Source: Rebecca billardiae RCC1528
Lineage: Eukaryota; Protista; Haptophyta
DNA: 64,000 bases
Assembly: GCA_965240325.2 (NCBI GenBank)
Contig: OZ251227.1
Location: 248,001-312,000, forward strand
Reading direction: 5' to 3'
Shown piece by piece: positions 61,816 through 64,000 of this stretch. The notes beneath the pieces are model-generated. The model did not search any database, was not told the origin of the DNA, and worked only from the letters and a program-made list of their open reading frames with translations. Position numbers and translations under genes: made by a program. Position 1 is the stretch's first letter; every line of letters starts with the position of its first letter.

Positions 61816-63081
61816 ATGTCGGCGGCCCTAGGGATCGCTCGCAGCGCGCGCACGCGAGCCATCGGCAAGCTCGAACGCGCGTTGGAAGAGGGCAACGCTC
61901 ATATCGAGGAGTACGCTCGGTCATATCTGCGCACGATCGCCGCCCACATCGAGCTCGAGGCGCATCACCTCTCGCGCGGCGTGCTTGCGGAGTACCGGCA
62001 GCGTGTGAACTCGCTCGCCTTCAACATCGCGCGCAACAAGCAGCTGCAGGCGTCCCTCTGCCGGCGAGACGTAGGGGCCGCCGAGCTGTGCGCGATGCGT
62101 GCGGCCGATCTCGCGACGCCTGAAGAGCGTGCCGAGCGGGAGCGCTTGGCGCGCGAGAGCCTGCGCGCGAGCACGCGCAACGCTTGGAGTGAGATGCCGC
62201 GCACGCGCCACCATCCCTGCCCGCGGTGCAGCTCCCGGAACGCGGTGGCGTACGAGCACGTGAGCGCGGTGCGCGACATCCGCAAGGCGGAGACGTGGGG
62301 CGGGGGCAGCGCGACCGAGACGGAGCACGCCATCCGCTTCAACTGCGGCGGCTGCGGCCACGAGTGGCAGTCGGATCGGATTGAGATGGACGATGCCGAC
62401 ACCGATGCCGAGGGCGAGGCAGCAGGGGGCGTTGAGCGCGAGCATCAGCCCGACGGCGGGCGGGCGCTCGGTGACTCTGGCGCCGGGCCGAGCGGTGGCG
62501 CGCGCGCTGGTGCCGACACCGGCTCGGCCGCGCCGCCGGGCGCTGGGCGCGCAGCCTCGCAGCAGGTGGCCCACCTCGAGGCCGCGCTGCTGCAGGGGCT
62601 GGGCGAGCACGGGCGGCGAGGCGCGCACGGTGGACCGCTCTCGGCGGAGAAGGCCGGGGCACTCGCGCGCGCCATCGTGAGCCACATGCCCGCGGACGCC
62701 CGCCGAGCAGCACGCGTGCGCGCCATCGCCGCCAACGCGCGCCGCTCGCCCGCGCTGGCCGACGCCCTCGCGAGCGGGACGCTCTCTGTGCCCGAGCTGT
62801 GCGAGATGGACGACCTGCGCTCGCTGCTGCCGGAGTCGGAGCGCGCCGCGCAGGACGCCGCGCGCGAGGCGGCCAAGCGCAGGGTGACGCTCGACCCCAC
62901 GGCCGAGGCGGACGGTATGACGGACGAGCACGTGTGCAGCAAGTGCGGCGCGCGCAGCGCTGCTTACGCGCGCAGGCGTGTGGGCAACGTGCTCGCGTGG
63001 AAGGCGCAGGCTGCGGGCTCGTCGGCGGAGCGCGTCGTGCTCACCTGCCGGGGCTGCGGTCACGAGTGGCGTGCGGAGTAA
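61816..63081 (+). CDS. Tandem double TFIIS-like (central helical domain + Zn ribbon) protein
   Basis: YRQRVNSLAFNIARN..L...LCAM...DLA, CPRC...CGGCGHEW; second unit RVRAIAANARR..LCEM..., CSKC...CRGCGHEW. Confidence 0.85.
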   Translation: MSAALGIARSARTRAIGKLERALEEGNAHIEEYARSYLRTIAAHIELEAHHLSRGVLAEYRQRVNSLAFNIARNKQLQASLCRRDVGAAELCAMRAADLATPEERAERERLARESLRASTRNAWSEMPRTRHHPCPRCSSRNAVAYEHVSAVRDIRKAETWGGGSATETEHAIRFNCGGCGHEWQSDRIEMDDADTDAEGEAAGGVEREHQPDGGRALGDSGAGPSGGARAGADTGSAAPPGAGRAASQQVAHLEAALLQGLGEHGRRGAHGGPLSAEKAGALARAIVSHMPADARRAARVRAIAANARRSPALADALASGTLSVPELCEMDDLRSLLPESERAAQDAAREAAKRRVTLDPTAEADGMTDEHVCSKCGARSAAYARRRVGNVLAWKAQAAGSSAERVVLTCRGCGHEWRAE

Positions 63082-63692
63082 GCCGATAGCCGCATCATTG
63101 GATCTTGAGTGCGGCAGACTCCGCTGTCCCGCCTGTCCGCACTCATTCCTCAGGCTCAGCGCACGCATCATGATCATTCGGTATGCGGCATGAGTGCCAT
63201 GACTCATGAGTCGTCGTCACTCGTCACACTACTTCTGAGACTCAGTCATTATATAGTAGTCGCATCATCACGTCAGCAGTATCAGTCGTGATATATAATC
63301 TAAATAACTCAGTATGTTAACTCAGTATGCCTGCGCCCCAGACTGAGAGTGAGTGCGTGAGACTCCCGCCCCAGATCCAGCAGTTGCGTCCGCCGGGAAT
63401 ACTAAGGGATGCACATACGGTATCACTTGAGACACTTATACTTATAGTGACTTATTGACAGTCATACGACATCATGCAGCGCGCATATTGCCGCCGCATA
63501 GTCTAGCTCCGATGGCGCCGTCTCAGCTCGTCGCGCCGCCGTTGGACGCCGTTGATCGCGCCCCAACGGTGGCAGCGCTAGCTGAGCAGCGCACATACCC
63601 CGTTAGCTCCGACGGGCAGCACGCCCCCGGGCGCAGGCGCAGGCAATGAGCCGAGGTTGCCTCTGCCGTGTGTCTCAGTGTCAGGACTCAGG

Positions 63693-64000
63693 TCAAGACC
63701 CGAGCAGCCCAGGCAGCGCATCGAGGAGCCCCCCGGGCTGGTAGCCGGCGTTCTGCACGAGCGCGGCCGCGCCCTGCATGAGCGGGTGGGACAGGTACGC
63801 CCCGACCACCGCGACGCTGATCACCGCGTACGGCAGGCGCACCCACTCCTTCCAGTAGTCCGCGGGCAGCTGCTGCCGGCCCTCCACGATGGCGCCAAAG
63901 GGCACCACGCTCGTGCGCTCCTTGATCGTCTCGAAGGCGGGGCCGTGCTTGTCGGCGAGGCGACGGTCACCATTCCACGCGGCGAAAGTGTGGTGCGCGA
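63693..64000 (-). CDS. Z-ISO: 15-cis-zeta-carotene isomerase (NnrU family), C-terminal part
   Basis: AHHTFAAWNGDRRL...RTSVVPFGAIVEGRQQLPADYWKEWVRLPY...HPLMQ. Confidence 0.9.
   Translation of the reverse strand, partial: AHHTFAAWNGDRRLADKHGPAFETIKERTSVVPFGAIVEGRQQLPADYWKEWVRLPYAVISVAVVGAYLSHPLMQGAAALVQNAGYQPGGLLDALPGLLGS

Overview
Very GC-rich eukaryotic nuclear DNA from a flagellated alga with a complex plastid. Evidence: short GC-rich spliceosomal introns (GTGCGC...GCGCAG), bipartite plastid-targeting peptides, Z-ISO and DRC2/CCDC65. A haptophyte such as a pavlovophyte is my inference, not proven. About 21 protein genes are present, most in tight head-to-head pairs, separated by lower-GC spacers full of transposon debris and (TA)n tracts. 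Recognisable genes: aldo-keto reductase, PX-domain protein, prefoldin 3, TSR3, PPIL3, TLC-domain protein, zeta-toxin-like kinase, DRC2, ferlin, Z-ISO. The most unusual items are: (1) an EEP phosphoesterase fused to a GT29 sialyltransferase; (2) a nicotinamide-riboside/uridine-kinase-like domain fused to an ankyrin-DHHC palmitoyltransferase; (3) a tandem double TFIIS-like protein lacking the catalytic acidic hairpin; (4) a multi-TM TIR-like protein; (5) a nest of (TA)n-inserted mobile elements, including a 1.7-kb non-coding element with A-x-B-A-y-B split direct repeats and an RLE-type non-LTR retrotransposon end. All domain calls are by eye from motifs; no database search was run.
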